A stretch of DNA of 63,574 nucleotides, counting the filler, from Folioceros fuciformis (taxonomy: Eukaryota): NCBI GenBank assembly GCA_049999805.1. It is 22 parts of 22 records of this genome, joined end to end, with 100 filler letters (N's around TTAATTAATTAA, not from the genome) between each part and the next. Parts side by side here need not be neighbours in the genome. Positions count along the whole stretch, not along the records: positions 37,210 to 42,082 come from JBNGIO010000158.1; positions 42,183 to 44,134 come from JBNGIO010000159.1; positions 44,235 to 45,777 come from JBNGIO010000160.1; positions 45,878 to 47,504 come from JBNGIO010000161.1; positions 47,605 to 49,145 come from JBNGIO010000162.1; positions 49,246 to 51,438 come from JBNGIO010000163.1; 16 more parts are not named here. One strand, written 5' to 3'. Of this stretch, positions 37,410 through 50,030 are shown in pieces. The notes beneath the pieces are model-generated. The model was given only the letters and a program-made list of their open reading frames with translations, searched no databases and was not told where the DNA came from. Position 1 is the stretch's first letter; every line of letters begins with the position of its first letter. The translations under genes and the position numbers were made by a program.

Positions 37410-40164
37410 ACTCAGACAGAAGTTTTCATTCAAATCTAAAAAACATGTGTTCATAGGCTACACACCAGGCATTCATGGTTATAAGGTATTTGAACCTGTC
37501 TCACGGAGTAGTTCATGTACGTACATGCACGTACTGGTTATGTTTAATGAACGTTCTGTCCTTCAACCTCCTATCGATTCCCATCTTGAGCCTCTTGACA
37601 TAGACATCGATATTATTAATCAACCATAAGAACTTGCAAAGTTAGACGTAGATGGCTCAGATTTCACAGATGTTGTTGATTTTCCTACCTTCGATGCCTC
37701 TGACGCTTCAGACTCTTTAGTTCCCGATCCTACTTCAGACTCCCTTCTTCCAAATCCACCACTACCTACTGTGGCTGATGATCCCCTTGATCTAATTCTA
37801 GTTGATTATGATCCAGCTCCTGATGTACTACCTCCTATGACTAGTCCTTACCCTATGGAGCCTGAAGTTGATGATCCTACGGAGTATATCATTCCTCCTC
37901 CTGATGCAGATCCTCGTAGGTCTACCAAGATTCATAGAGGACGTGATCAGTGGATTGAAAAGCCTTATGAGGCGGAAGATTGGCGCATAAGCAGGAATCG
38001 TCCAGTGGGAGCAAACTCAAACTCAAATGACACTGTGAGAGAATTTGCTCACTTGCCTGTTCAGCATGGCTATGAACCTCAGTCCCACAAACAAGCTATT
38101 GTTGGGCCCGAATGTTGTGACTGGATTGCTGCTATCACATCTGAATACAACTCTCTGATTCATAACCACACATGGGAGCTTTGTCCCCCGCTAAGGGGAG
38201 GAAGGTTGTCAGCTGTAAGTGGGTATTCAAACTGAAGTACAAAGCTGATGGATCTATAGTGAGGTACAAAGCCTGGTTGGTCACCAGAGGGTTCTCAAAA
38301 GTGCCAAGGTTAGATTATCACGATACCTTTCCCCAAGTGGTCAAGGCATAGTCGCTTTGTGCCTTATTCGCCATGTCTGCATTCTTTGCCTTGTTTCTCC
38401 ATCAGATGGATGTGAAAACCGCCTTTCTTCACTCTAAGTTGGAAGAAGAGATATATATGGCGAAGCCAGAGGGTTACAAAGCTGAAGGTGGAGAGGACTG
38501 GGTCTGCAAATTACTGAAGACTATTTATGGGTTGAAACAGTCTCCCAGGGCATGGTACCAGTACATTGATGAGTTTCTTCTGAACCTAGGTTTCGTCAAG
38601 AGTGATGCCAACTCCAATGTTTATTTCCTGCAAGATAAAACAGGGTTTGTTGTGTTAGCATTATATGTCGACGATTGCATCCTACTAGGGGCTGATTTAG
38701 AAGGAATCAATAAGGTGAAGAAGCTCTTATCTGGGAGGTTCAATATGGTAGATATCGGAGAGCTGTCCTATTGGTTGGGTACCTAGTTACTTCGAGACCT
38801 GTCAAAAGGCACACTCGTTATTCATCAGGATCATACTTGATATGCTTTTCAAGTATAAGTTGATGGACACTAAAACTACTGCAACTCCTATGGAAGCAGA
38901 CTACAGGCTCAGTCTTGAGCAGTCAACCATAACAAATGCTGAAAAACGTGAAATGGAAGATGTACCTTACCTCAAGCTGTAGGCTCCTTGATCTTCTGCT
39001 CCAACCATACAAGACCAGACATTTCATTACCTGTTAGCATGGTGTCTCAGTTTCTCAAGGAACCTGGCAGAGCGCATTGGTCAGCAGTTAAGAGAATCTT
39101 AAGATACCTGAAAGGAACAAGTAGACATGGCATTCATTATACCAAATAGGCCTATGAAGGTAAGGCACTCACCTTAGTAGGTTACAGTGACAAGGATTGG
39201 GCTGCAAACCCAGACTCTAGGAAGTGAGTGTCCGCACATGCTTTTCTGCTGGCTGGAGGCATCGTCACCTGGCCTTCCAGAAAGCAAGTAACAGTCTCGT
39301 TATCGTCAACAAAATATGAGTACTGTGCTCTAACGCAAGCTGCAAAGGAAGGCATCTGGTTAAGAAGACTTCTCAAAGATCTTGGCCAGGAGCAGACACA
39401 GCCAACCATCATCTATTGTGATAACCAAGGAGCATTCTCACTCGCTGAGAATCCAGTTTTTCACTCAAGGACAAAGCATATTGAAGTATGTCACCATTTC
39501 ATTAGGCATGCTGTGTCTACAGGACAAATTCAACTAGAGTATGGTCCGACAAATTCTAATGCTGCTGATATCCTAACAAAGGCACTTCTAAAGGTAAAAC
39601 ACATGTAGTTTAAAGAAGCACTAGGAGTCTTAGACTCCTCTTACTTGTCAGTTTAGGTAGAGTCGATCCTAACTGTATAGTGATAAAAGCACTTGTTTAC
39701 CTGAGTCTGACTCAGAGCTACTACAGTCTGGCTCTTCAAAGAAGAGGTTTCTCCCATCATTTCTTTCCTGTCCCCCTCTCCCAAGGAGTCCCAAATAGGT
39801 TGGATCAAATCCGAATCCAGTAGGCTCTTCGTCATTGTCATCATCTTCTGTTCCGTATTCTATACCAGCTCTGTCACTCATTTGGTGTTGAGACACTACA
39901 AGAATGACAGTGTTAATAGTCAGGTCACAAGTTCATAGCATTCCTCAAGCCACAGCAATAGTGGTAAGTGAATAACAGAGGCGTATGTGGCACAATAACA
40001 CCCTAGGATATTAGTTAGGTTAGCTATAGCAGTTGTAACTACATCTAACTCCAAGAACATATATGTATGGTTTTTCATAATACACACCTCTCATAGATGC
40101 ATAAGCGCGCGTCTATAAAGTTTACATTCTACATCTATTACCTATCCTTATCTTGGGCCCCACA
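37410..40164 (+). mobile_element. Degenerate Ty1/copia pol (integrase tail, RT, RNase H) with probable 3' LTR 39986-40164
   Basis: FIGY...HGYKVF, HQMDVKTAFLH, LYVDD, YCDNQGA, RTKHIEV; many stops and frameshifts; TGTGG...CCCCACA segment after a purine-rich tract. Confidence 0.9.
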
Positions 40165-41647
40165 TTGAAGCCGTCATAGCAGCTTCCCCACAATGGTTGT
40201 TAGGTCTGTATTAATAATTATAGATTGTCACCTCGTTTCTTTGTGTAGTCTTTGTGCTACTTTGGTTCAAAAGTCTTTACTTAATGACATAGCTTGGTGA
40301 AGCAGGTAAAAAAGCAAGCATTTGCTTTTTCACCCACAATAAAATAACCTACATGGTCAGTAGGATTGTAAGTGCGCTATCCATAGTCCATGACAAATAC
40401 TCCTTGCTAAAGATTACAAGCTTTTATGTCTATACTTGAGTGTGAGCCAAATATTCCCTTATGCTCACAGCATGATATTATTCGAGAGAGACTAACACTC
40501 GCTTGCTCGATTGTACCTATCAAACTTCCCTCTAAACTGAACCACATTAGAAACGGATTATGGATACTTGAAATGTTTATTTTCGTGGGCATTAGGAATG
40601 AGAACACATATGGTAGGTGAACAGGTTGAGACCACAAATGGGTGACTAGGTGTGGATAAACGGCATTGAGAGGAGCGCAGCCAGGAGTCATTAAGAGGAG
40701 GAAGAGAAGCATGTCGGTCTTATGCCTCTTAACTTTGCATTAGGGTGTGTGGTCACACTAGTGGCACGAATGCCGTGGCTCATTAAGTTTGCATTAGCCT
40801 TAGGCAACAGGGAAAATGGCTAGGAAACATCCTAGGATGGCTGTATCTGCACTTGAACGGGACGGTTCATGGGATGTGGTTGAGCTTCAACGTTTTCCGC
40901 CGAACATCGGCGTCAGTGTGGAGCAGACATGGGCTTTCTGTAGGATTCCATGTGACCAAGAGGAGACGCTTTCAAGACCAGTCCATTCGTCACACAAATC
41001 TGTCTGGTGGACGGGGAGGAAATTCCCTTTGGTCGTCCTCGCCTGTTCGAGAGGCACGGCTTTCTTCCTCGGCCTCTCTCGTGTACCGAATGTAAGATTG
41101 TTGGACAGCGTCGGATGACAGACTTCCGAGCCTTGGACGCAACTTTGGACGGCGAGTCCGGTGAGGCCACAACCACGAATTCAGAGGTGGAGTGCGGACG
41201 GCGCGCAGTCCAGTGGACGTGTCGGGACTCAGGTGGCAACAATCAATAGGTAAAGCGGGGAAAAGAAAAAAAAGGAGGTACACCCAACGCTCCTCTCCTC
41301 TGGCCTTCGCCACTGCTGCACTACTCCCTCGCACACGATGACGCGCACACACAAAACATAACAGATGGTACAAGATATCCTACCCTTATCTTCTACATAC
41401 ATGGGTGTGAAAATGCAAGGCCTTACCCCCGGGATGTGTGTGAAGAATAGGGAAGAAACTTTGAGAGCGGGCCACATTGCATCTTGAACTGCAATGCGCA
41501 GCCGAGAACACGACGATGATTGAAATACAGGCGGGTGGAAACGAACGGGATGACGCGATTTCCTAGCTGGTAGGCTAGGTAGCGCTGGGGACGCACGCAC
41601 GCACGCTGGTGTGAAAAGCAGGAGCGCGGTGAGATTACTCCTCCATT

Positions 41648-42082
41648 CTACTCGTCAAACCCGCCAGGAAGAAGGCGACGGCTACCTGTCGTCACCTCCA
41701 CGGTGGAGGACTTGGAGGAGCCCCCGGAGAAGAGGTTGGTGGCAGCGGGGATGATGCGGGAGGGGGCCAATACCTCGGCGAAGGAGGAGCCGTAGGTATC
41801 GGTGCCCAGGCGGCTCTGCACCCAGCCCTTGGAGCCGTCGAATCCGTCGCTCACCACCCAGGCGTTCTTGAATCCCAGCACGTTGAGCGCCTTGGCCACC
41901 ACCTTGGCAATGTCGCCCTGCGAGTCGATGATAATGATCTTGGAGCCTTTATTGAGGCGCTTGAGGGACGAGATCTTGATGGCCGCCACCTCAGCCTCCA
42001 CCTTCTTCGAGTTCCGCAGCTGCGACTTGAGCTTGGACGCGAACTCCTCCACGGGCACCACAATGTACTTGCTCTTGGCGTT
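41648..42082 (-). CDS. CAS: Chloroplast calcium-sensing receptor (rhodanese-like C-terminus), 3' part only
   Basis: PVEEFASKLKSQLRNSKKVEAEVAAIKISSLKRLNKGSKIIIIDS.GDIAK.VAK.L..LGFKNAWVVSDGF.GSKGWVQSRLGTD.Y..SFAEVLAPSRIIPAA...RRLLPGG. Confidence 0.93.
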   Translation of the reverse strand, partial: NAKSKYIVVPVEEFASKLKSQLRNSKKVEAEVAAIKISSLKRLNKGSKIIIIDSQGDIAKVVAKALNVLGFKNAWVVSDGFDGSKGWVQSRLGTDTYGSSFAEVLAPSRIIPAATNLFSGGSSKSSTVEVTTGSRRLLPGGFDE

Positions 42083-42714
42083 NNNNNNNNNNNNNNNNNN
42101 NNNNNNNNNNNNNNNNNNNNNNNNNNTTAATTAATTAANNNNNNNNNNNNNNNNNNNNNNNNNNNNNNNNNNNNNNNNNNNNGTTGTAGGCTGGCGGGCA
42201 GTTAGAGGGTAGGCAGGTCCGGTGCTGGCTGGATCACGGCTGGTAGATCAGTCGAGGGCAGGAAGCTGCTCTTGCGACCCTAGTGGAAGGCTCTGGTGGA
42301 ATCAGGGGCCAGATCCGGGGTGAGGTCCCGGTTGGATCCAGCGGGCAAGGTGGCCGTAGGGCAAAAGGTGGGAAGACGGATCGCCAGGACAGGCTGCAGG
42401 TGACGGGATCTAGTAGGGGCAGGCTGGCCAGTCGACTCTGGTTGGCTGGCTAGCTGGACGGCTTAGGAAGGCAGGCCGGCTGGCTGCAGGATCTCAAACA
42501 AGCTAGCGACCAGTCGAATCTGGGCAGGCAGGCACCCGGCAGCGCAGAAACCCGGCTGCAGGCAAGTAGCCAGGACTGACTGCAGGTGGATCCAGGCTGG
42601 TCGGGCATGGGCAGGACGGGTGGATTGAGCTGGGGCCGCCTGGGGTGGCCGAATGGCCAGGGGAACTGAAGTTGGATGGGGAGGCAGAGGTGGAAAAATG
42701 TGTGTGTTTCCCTA

Positions 42715-42840
42715 GTAGGCAGGAGGCGAGGAGGATGGTGGTGGATGATGTGAAGTCCGCAAGGGTTGCATTACGCTGGGCCATGCTCAATGTGGTCCGC
42801 AGGGGAGACCTTATCACCTTGCTGCCTATGCACCCCTCTA
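42715..42840 (+). pseudogene. Isolated fragment of a universal stress protein (USP) N-terminus
   Basis: RRMVVDDVKSARVALRWAMLNVVRRGDLITLL.MHP fits the USP beta1-alpha1-beta2 pattern; no remainder of the domain seen. Confidence 0.55.
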
Positions 42841-42959
42841 TCCCTGCCCATCCTTATCCCTCCGTTCACAGTGCAACATGCCTGCTTAAGGGCAGGGTGA
42901 AGGTTGTGGACAGGAGGACCTCATAGGGCAACGGCACTGGGGATGGAACGCAGTTGTGG

Positions 42960-44134
42960 AGAACATTTCAACCTCACTGCTAATTAGTGAGAAAACTACA
43001 AAACATGGCCGGGGGGGAATCCCTGCAGGTGGCTGGCCTGAGACGGCTGGGGGCTGGATTCGAGAGCCGGGTAGTGGCTTGCGGCCTGGTTAGCGGGCGG
43101 ATCCGGCGAAGGTGGAGTCTGGAGGAAGGTGGAGTCTTTGAGGGGTTGCAGATGACCTAAGGGAAAGGCACTCGTGAGTTTTGGTAGTTTGGAGAGGGTG
43201 ATTAATTTTGATAAGAGCAACCAGGGTCGCAAGTTAGAGTCAGTTAGGTTAGAGTCAAGTTAGGTCGGAATTAGGTTTAGGGTTTTGATGATTGGAGGGT
43301 TCTGTCTGAGGTATAAGAGCCCAGGTCTGTCATTGAGGGGGGAGGTTTTTTTGGTCAGAGCTCCCTTGATCTTGTGTGCAAGCTATTGGGTTAGAGGTTT
43401 AACCTAGTGTGCAGATGTGCCTCGGCCTTGATTCCCCAGGCCACTAGGGGAACGTTGGCAGCTCCCAAAATCGCCGAGATCTGGGTGGCAAGATACGCAG
43501 GGGCTGACCTTTCTTGCATGCTGGTTGGGTGGTTGGGGTACCTTGACGTCCCTAAGGGTTTCCAAGGCGACGGATTGCAGGGCTGTGAGCCGAGGAGGCT
43601 ATCCAGCCTCGGTTTGCACATCCCTGCCTCAAGGACTGCAGGTGAGGGGCTGTTGTGTTTCAAAATCCCAGAGTGAGACGTGATGGTGAAGAATAGAAGA
43701 GTTGGAGTGCTGGAGTAGAGGTTTGAAGTGCTGGAGAAGCGCTGGAGTAGAGACTTGAAGTGCTGGAGTAGAGAGTTGTTGTGCTGAGGTGAGGAGCGTA
43801 GGTGTTGAATTCTCAATCAGTTGTTGAGGTCGCTGGCATTTAGGGTTGGGAGTGGAGGTTGAGGCCAGGGTTGGAACTCCCTCTCAGTTGTTGAGGCGGC
43901 TAATACCCCGAGCTAGGAGTGGGCGCTGAAGATGATGCTAAGTCCTCATTCAACTGGGGTTGTAGTTGGTGTTGAAGACAGGGTTCTCGTCTTTTTGCTG
44001 TAGTGTGGTTAGGTCTAGGAGCCTGCTAATAGATAGGATCAGATTAGGGCAGAGTTGGGGGGGAATTGTAGGAAACCTTGACACTGGTTCACTCCCTTGG
44101 GAGCGAATCCTAGTACTACGACGATAATAAGGGG
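42960..44134 (+). mobile_element. LTR family B sequence (left edge approximate)
   Basis: End matches 33180-33230 and the reverse complement of about 61490-61530; TATA-like GTATAAGAG at about 43311; no coding signal. Confidence 0.55.
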
Positions 44135-44262
44135 NNNNNNNNNNNNNNNNNNNNNNNNNNNNNNNNNNNNNNNNNNNNTTAATTAATTAANNNNNNNNNN
44201 NNNNNNNNNNNNNNNNNNNNNNNNNNNNNNNNNNGAAGTCACACTTTTCTTTCTCATGGCAG

Positions 44263-44808
44263 GTGGGTGGAAGAGTATCAAATAGATGGTTTCCACTTCC
44301 ATTCGCTGCAGTCCATGTTTTACACCCACAATGGATTTGCAGAGTTCACAAATGGCTTGAATGAGTAAGGCTGCTGTCATTCAGGAAATTGCTCGCAGGA
44401 GCTCCATTTTGGGCGAATTACATAGACTGCTTCCTCGCTCTTTCTCACATTTCTCTGGTTGTGCAGCTACTGCAATCAATACGTGGACAAAGATGCATTG
44501 CCGTATGTGATTCTGGCTAATGAGATGCTGCACAAGCTCAACTCGAACATTGTCACAATTGCAGGGGATGTATGCACAATCCTGCCCCTATTCTCTTAAT
44601 TGACAAATTCTGGATTGCTTGTGTGCACAGCACCAGCACTCTTGACTGAGTCGATTGCTACTTCCCACAGGCCTCACAGTATCCAGGATTGACTGAACCC
44701 ATCAGTAAAGGCGGGTTGGGCTTTGACTACTTTGCCATTGTCTCACCCTCTAAGATGTGGTCGTATCTCATTGGAAATGTTTCAGACAGTGAATGGAGTA
44801 TGAGTCAG
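44263..44808 (+). CDS. SBE3: Three internal exons of a class III starch-branching enzyme (GH13): 44263-44364, 44467-44569, 44671-44808; possibly a pseudogene
   Basis: WVEEYQIDGFHFHSLQSMFYTHNGFA, YCNQYVDKDAL.Y.ILANEMLH....NIVTIAGD, YPGL.EP...GGLGFDY....WSMSQ; canonical splice sites; absent from the ORF track. Confidence 0.85.
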
Positions 44809-45067
44809 GTGAGATTTGAGAGACCTGTACTGGAATTCTTCGTGCGTGCGGTTCACGTTTTGTGAACTAACGAACGGCATGTGGTACGGCGATTTCAGAT
44901 TTCAAGAAGTTGTTCAATTTGGACGGCCCATTCCTGATAGACAGGGATGCATGGGCTGGGACCTTTGAAAATATCTTTCGTAAAATGGCAAGGATCGATT
45001 GTCCAGGTTTGTGATACGACCTCCATAGTTCATATGGTCTGAACGAAGTTGGCACTCACCTGGTATT

Positions 45068-45167
45068 TGGTTGTGCCCAGTGGGATGAACGAGGTTACTG
45101 GTTCTAATCTGGCTTTTGGTTGTGCCCAGTGGGATGAACGAGGTTACTGGTTCTAATCTGGCTTTTT
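45068..45167 (+). repeat. About 49-bp tandem duplication
   Basis: TTGGTTGTGCCCAGTGGGATGAACGAGGTTACTGGTTCTAATCTGGCTTTT twice. Confidence 0.9.
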
Positions 45168-45877
45168 AAGGAGAAGAATCTCACCTTGAAAGCCTTCCCG
45201 CAGTATTTGCGTGAAAGGTACTACTCTCTCAAGCTCTGTATGGCATATTGTTTTAGTAAACATGAAACGAAAGTAGCTGGAGGTGAAAACTGTGGTTGGT
45301 TCAGGACTTGGAATTTGAAGCAGACATAGCATAGGAAAAGGGGAAAATTTTCTCCTAAGCTGCTGCAATTGTTGTCCAGGTACAAAGCTTTGCTGGACTT
45401 GAGAATGCTGATAGCTAAGCAGGATGACAATCTTCTTGCCTTCGCATCAGCGTACGTGACGCTTTGTGTACCTCCTTTGATGGTCCACAGTGGTGAGGGT
45501 TGGGAAGAGGGGATTGACCCGCTAGTATGCATCGCAGATATGAGGATATGGGTCTCCATCGAACTCCCTTTCATGCTGTTGAGCTTATTGAATGGGCTCC
45601 AGGTAAAATTTGTTCTCTTCGTTTTCACTTCTGGTGAACAAGTGCATGCATCCATTTTGTAGTAGCTGCATCCTATATCTTGGTGTAGAATCAGTCCTGC
45701 AGGTGCCTTGAAGTCTCCATTGCCAAACAGTGGCTATTCAAACCATTCCATGTCTTGTGCTTCTGACGCATGCTTTGNNNNNNNNNNNNNNNNNNNNNNN
45801 NNNNNNNNNNNNNNNNNNNNNTTAATTAATTAANNNNNNNNNNNNNNNNNNNNNNNNNNNNNNNNNNNNNNNNNNNN

Positions 45878-47504
45878 CTAGACGAACCGTGCCCTAATCC
45901 CGTCGAGTCTCCGTTCCGTCAACGTGTCGCTATTGTCACAACACTCCCCCTCGGTGCGGATAAGGAGACTGCTAGGCTGGTCAGTCAGTCTTCGACAAAT
46001 GGCCTCTTTGGTGCGTGCGTGTCTTCAGCTGTTGTTGTGCTTGCTGTCCGCGCTATGATGGCTGCTGCAGCTAGCAAGTTGTGCTGTACAGGTTACATGT
46101 GAACTCGTGGAGAAGCGCGATCCGTCTGCTGGGATGGCGCGCGAACCCTTTAAGAAGGAACGCGGGGCAGTCATTTTTACGGCTCCCTCGAAGGGGACGG
46201 AGGCGGACGCGATTATGAAGAGGTTTAAGGTTGCCGTGACGCAGCCTTTGCTTGACGACTGAGCTGCTTGTGCTGTAACGGAGTCGTTGGAGTTGTAGCT
46301 CCCCCTTCGTCCGATTGCTGGATGTGTGCAGAATATACGTCTTTGCTAAGTAGTCCGATTCCCCTTCTGTGCTTGTCGAGCTGCTGCTTTGCCAGCCCCT
46401 TGGTAAGAAGATCAGCCGTGTTCTCTGTTGTGCTCACGTATATCAACTTCACGTGCTTGTTGGTTACCACCTGCCGGATGAAATGGTGTTGGATTTCAAC
46501 GTGTTTTGTCCTTGCGTGGAGGACCGGGTTTAGTGTCATGGCAATGGCGGACTGGTTGTCGCAGTGCAACTCTGTTGGCTGTTCCTGGTCCTCGTGCAGA
46601 TTATGCAGAAATTGTCGAATCCAAAGTATTTCCTTCGCGACCAGAGATGTGGCTGCGTACTTGGCCTTGGTTGATGACAAGCATACAGTCTGCATCTTTT
46701 TGCATGCCCAAGAAACAACGACGTTGCTTATGATCATGCAATATGCTGCTGTAGCCTTGCGAGCATCGGGGTCACCTGCCCAGTCTGCATCTGAAAATGA
46801 GGTTAGTACGCACTTCTGAGCTTTAGGGTCTTCCTGATACTTGATGTCGAGTGACTTTGACCCTTTGAGGTAACGTAAGATCCTCTTTACGCAGGTCCAG
46901 TGTGCTATGCCGGGGTTCGACAGGTATCTAGACGCAACGTTGACAGCTTGTGCTATGTCGAGCCGAGTCCATATGGCCAAGTAGAGCAAACTACCCACTG
47001 CCTCGCTATAGGGTATGTTTTCCATCTCTTTAGCCTGCTCAATAGCTGTTGGGCTGTCGAGAGCTGACACTTTCTCGCCTGTTGCAGTGGGAGTTGGTAC
47101 GGGTTTTGCATCCATCAAGTTGAATCTTGCGAGAAGCTGATCTACGTAGTGCTCCTGATGGATGAAGAAGGAGTGCTCGACTGGGTTTCTGTCGAATTGC
47201 ACTCCGAGTGCGTACCGTAGTATCCCCATGTCGGCTACCTCATATTCTTTTGTGAGCAAGTCCTTCGCGTGCTGGATTATCTGAGGGTCGGTCCCGAAGA
47301 TAAAATTGTCGTCCACATATAAGGTGACGATCGCGTACTTATTGCTGTTGATTCTTAACATGTACACACCTATGTCGGCTGTGAAGGGTGTAAACCCACA
47401 CTTCTTGAGGTACGAATCCACCGTTTCATTCTAGACCTGTGCTGATTGTTTAAGGCTGTAGATTGACTTAAGTAGCTTGCAAACCTTTCGCTGATCCTGC
47501 ACAA
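45878..47504 (-). mobile_element. Ty1/copia RT-RNase H, PPT (45944-45951) and start of 3' LTR (from 45943)
   Basis: LYVDD, YSEAVGSLLYL, FSDADWAGD, CDNQSAI, RTKHVEIQHHFIR, ADLLTK; AGGGGGAG followed by TGTTG. Confidence 0.95.
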
Positions 47505-47604
47505 NNNNNNNNNNNNNNNNNNNNNNNNNNNNNNNNNNNNNNNNNNNNTTAATTAATTAANNNNNNNNNNNNNNNNNNNNNNNNNNNNNNNNNNNNNNNN
47601 NNNN

Positions 47605-48021
47605 AAACACTATAGAGAATAAAAACAACATAAACTTGTCTTCTTGTTTTTTGTTTTTATCTTCTTTATAAAGAATGCATTTTCTAAATCAAGAACTATA
47701 AAAACTATATGAAAATGCATCTTTTTCAATGCATTTTTTAATGTAAATACCAACCAATTAAATCTGCATACTGCATACTGCTCTGATACCATTTCAGAAT
47801 AAATGAAAACATGCAGAATATTATTCATTGATTATTTGGCAGAATTACATTGTGTCTATATATGTATATTATATACAAGAATATAAATCAAACTTAAACT
47901 ACAGCCTTTCTACGAAACGGTACACCCTTTATGAAACGCTGCAACCCTAACGAACGGGTATGGTTAACTAACCTAACTAGAACAGAACTGGCCCTAATTA
48001 TTACTCAGCACTTATTATTCA
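47605..48021 (-). mobile_element. 5' LTR and tRNA-iMet PBS (47780-47791) of an AT-rich LTR element abutting another copia pol
   Basis: Perfect TGGTATCAGAGC on the minus strand, preceded by an approx 225-bp AT-rich segment bounded by TGAATAA...TTATTC. Confidence 0.6.
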
Positions 48022-48024
48022 TTA

Positions 48025-49145
48025 TGGATGAACAGGTTTCAGAGGAGATGTGGTCTGGAAAGAAGCCGTCATACAAGCATCTACGAGTGTTTGGTTGCGA
48101 GGCATACTATCATGTTTCGAAGGAGTTTCAAGACAAGTTGGCACCCAAGTCCAAGAAATGTATTTTTCTTGGCTATGGTGAATCTGGTGAGATGGGATAC
48201 CGTCTATGGGATCCAGAAGCCAAGAGGATGGTTCGCAGCAATGACGTATTCTTCAATGAGACCAAAATGCACAAGAAGCCTACTCCAACTGTGGAAGTAT
48301 GACGGGTGGTCTTTCAAGAAGATGGACTTGACCGCCCCGTGCAGGTTGAACGTCATGCTGTGCAGGAATAAGTTCCTCCACTTGTAGAAGAGGAGAGAGT
48401 GCAACCAACTCCGGTTGAGGCGCCAGTGCTTCGTAGGGCAGGAAGGATCTCACGTCCTCCTGACAGGTATGTTGCATCTCTTGATTATGTCATGCTGACG
48501 GATTGTGGGGAGCCCTCTTGTTACCAAGAGGCCATGTCAGTGACTGACAAGGACAAGTGGGAGAAGGCGATGCAGGAGCAGATAGATTCGCTCCATAAGA
48601 ACCAAACTTGGGAGTTGGTTCGGTTGCCTAAGGGCAAGAAGGCGTTGCCATGCAAATGGGTGTATAAGATGAAGGACATACCCCATTATGGCAAACCCAA
48701 GTACAAGGCACGATTGGTGGTGAAGGGTTTTAAGCAACAGCAAGGTATTGGCTTTGATGAGATTTTCTCACCAGTTGTCAAAATGACCACCTTGCGATGT
48801 GTTCTTGGTTTAGTTCCGAGGCTCGACGTGGAACTTGTTCAGATGGATGTGAAGTCGGCAATTTTGCATGGTGATCTCCAGGAAGAGGTATACATGCAGC
48901 AACCAGAGGGTTTCATTGAGAAGGGCAAAGAGAGTCTGGTGTTCAGGTTAAAGAAAAGTGTTTATGGTTTGAAGCAGGCACCCAAGGAGTGGTATTTCAA
49001 ATTCCACTTATTTATGCTTTCTTAAGGCTACAAACGTAGCAATGAGGATCATTGCCTCTATACGAAGCAAGCTAAGGATGGAAGCTTGCTCATTCTAGTC
49101 CTCTATGTGGATGATATGCTAATTGTTGGGACTAATAATGATGAG
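48025..49145 (+). mobile_element. Degenerate Ty1/copia (Tnt1/Tork-like) integrase tail and RT
   Basis: EEMWSGKKPSYKHLRVFGC, KSKKCIFLGY, YKARLVVKGF, QMDVKSA.LHG, LYVDDMLI. Confidence 0.93.
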
Positions 49146-49329
49146 NNNNNNNNNNNNNNNNNNNNNNNNNNNNNNNNNNNNNNNNNNNNTTAATTAATTA
49201 ANNNNNNNNNNNNNNNNNNNNNNNNNNNNNNNNNNNNNNNNNNNNGAGCTGTGAGAGACACTGTGAGACCTCTCTTTCTCCTCTCCTCTCCTCCTCCCTT
49301 CTTCTCTCCTCTCCTTCACCATGCTCCTC

Positions 49330-50030
49330 TAATGATCCTTTCATATACTCCACCACAGGGCCATCGGCGAACGCTGTCTAACTTTCTGCAAGCGAACCAA
49401 ACAAAGATAAACATCTGCCATTTGAAAGTTGAGGAAGGACCTAAAGCTCCCCAGTTGGCCATTTGGCCACTTTGGCCACCTAAAATGATCTTGTCGAAGA
49501 GTCAATTGCCAATTCTCCACCAAACGAAACCAGCACCAAGTCAAAGGCTTGCTTAAGGAAGCGGCGTGGGCATTTTGCTCCTCCTGAGTAAGCCACCTTC
49601 GTGCTCGCGTCACTCTCGTCAAGACTGTAATGGGGTGCAGGGTCTATCGAGAAAATTGTTCTTCTCTCGTACCTTGCTTCTCTAAGGAACCCCTTGGTGT
49701 AACCACCCCAAAAGACCTTGCACCTCCATCCCCTGCTTGTGTGGAGATGTAAAATGCCTGGTCAAGTTCCAGAGAGACCTCATGGTCTTTGATGTCTGAA
49801 TCTCCCCTCCAACCGTCCATGCCATAGGCTCCCCAAGCTTCCTCGGCTATTATTGGTTTATGAAGTAGAACTTGTTTCACCACCACTTCCATACCTTCCT
49901 GCAGCTAGTTTAACATAAGACAAACAAGTCGCACCGGGATGCGAAATTCCTCGCAGATTTCCCCCACCTCTTTCCAACAGCCCTCGACTCTATTCCATAG
50001 GTGCCCCAATTGATACAACCCTCTCTCCCA
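49330..50030 (-). mobile_element. Degenerate 3' part of L1 ORF2
   Basis: WFRLVENWQLTLRQDHFRWPK matches WFRLGENWALTFRPDLYRWPK near 19780-19845; PIIAEEAW matches PTIGEEGW. Confidence 0.7.

Noticed and set aside
47780-47791. Endogenous caulimovirus origin
   Set aside because: The tRNA-Met site is shared with LTR retrotransposons, an LTR-like segment precedes it, and no viral ORF is visible.
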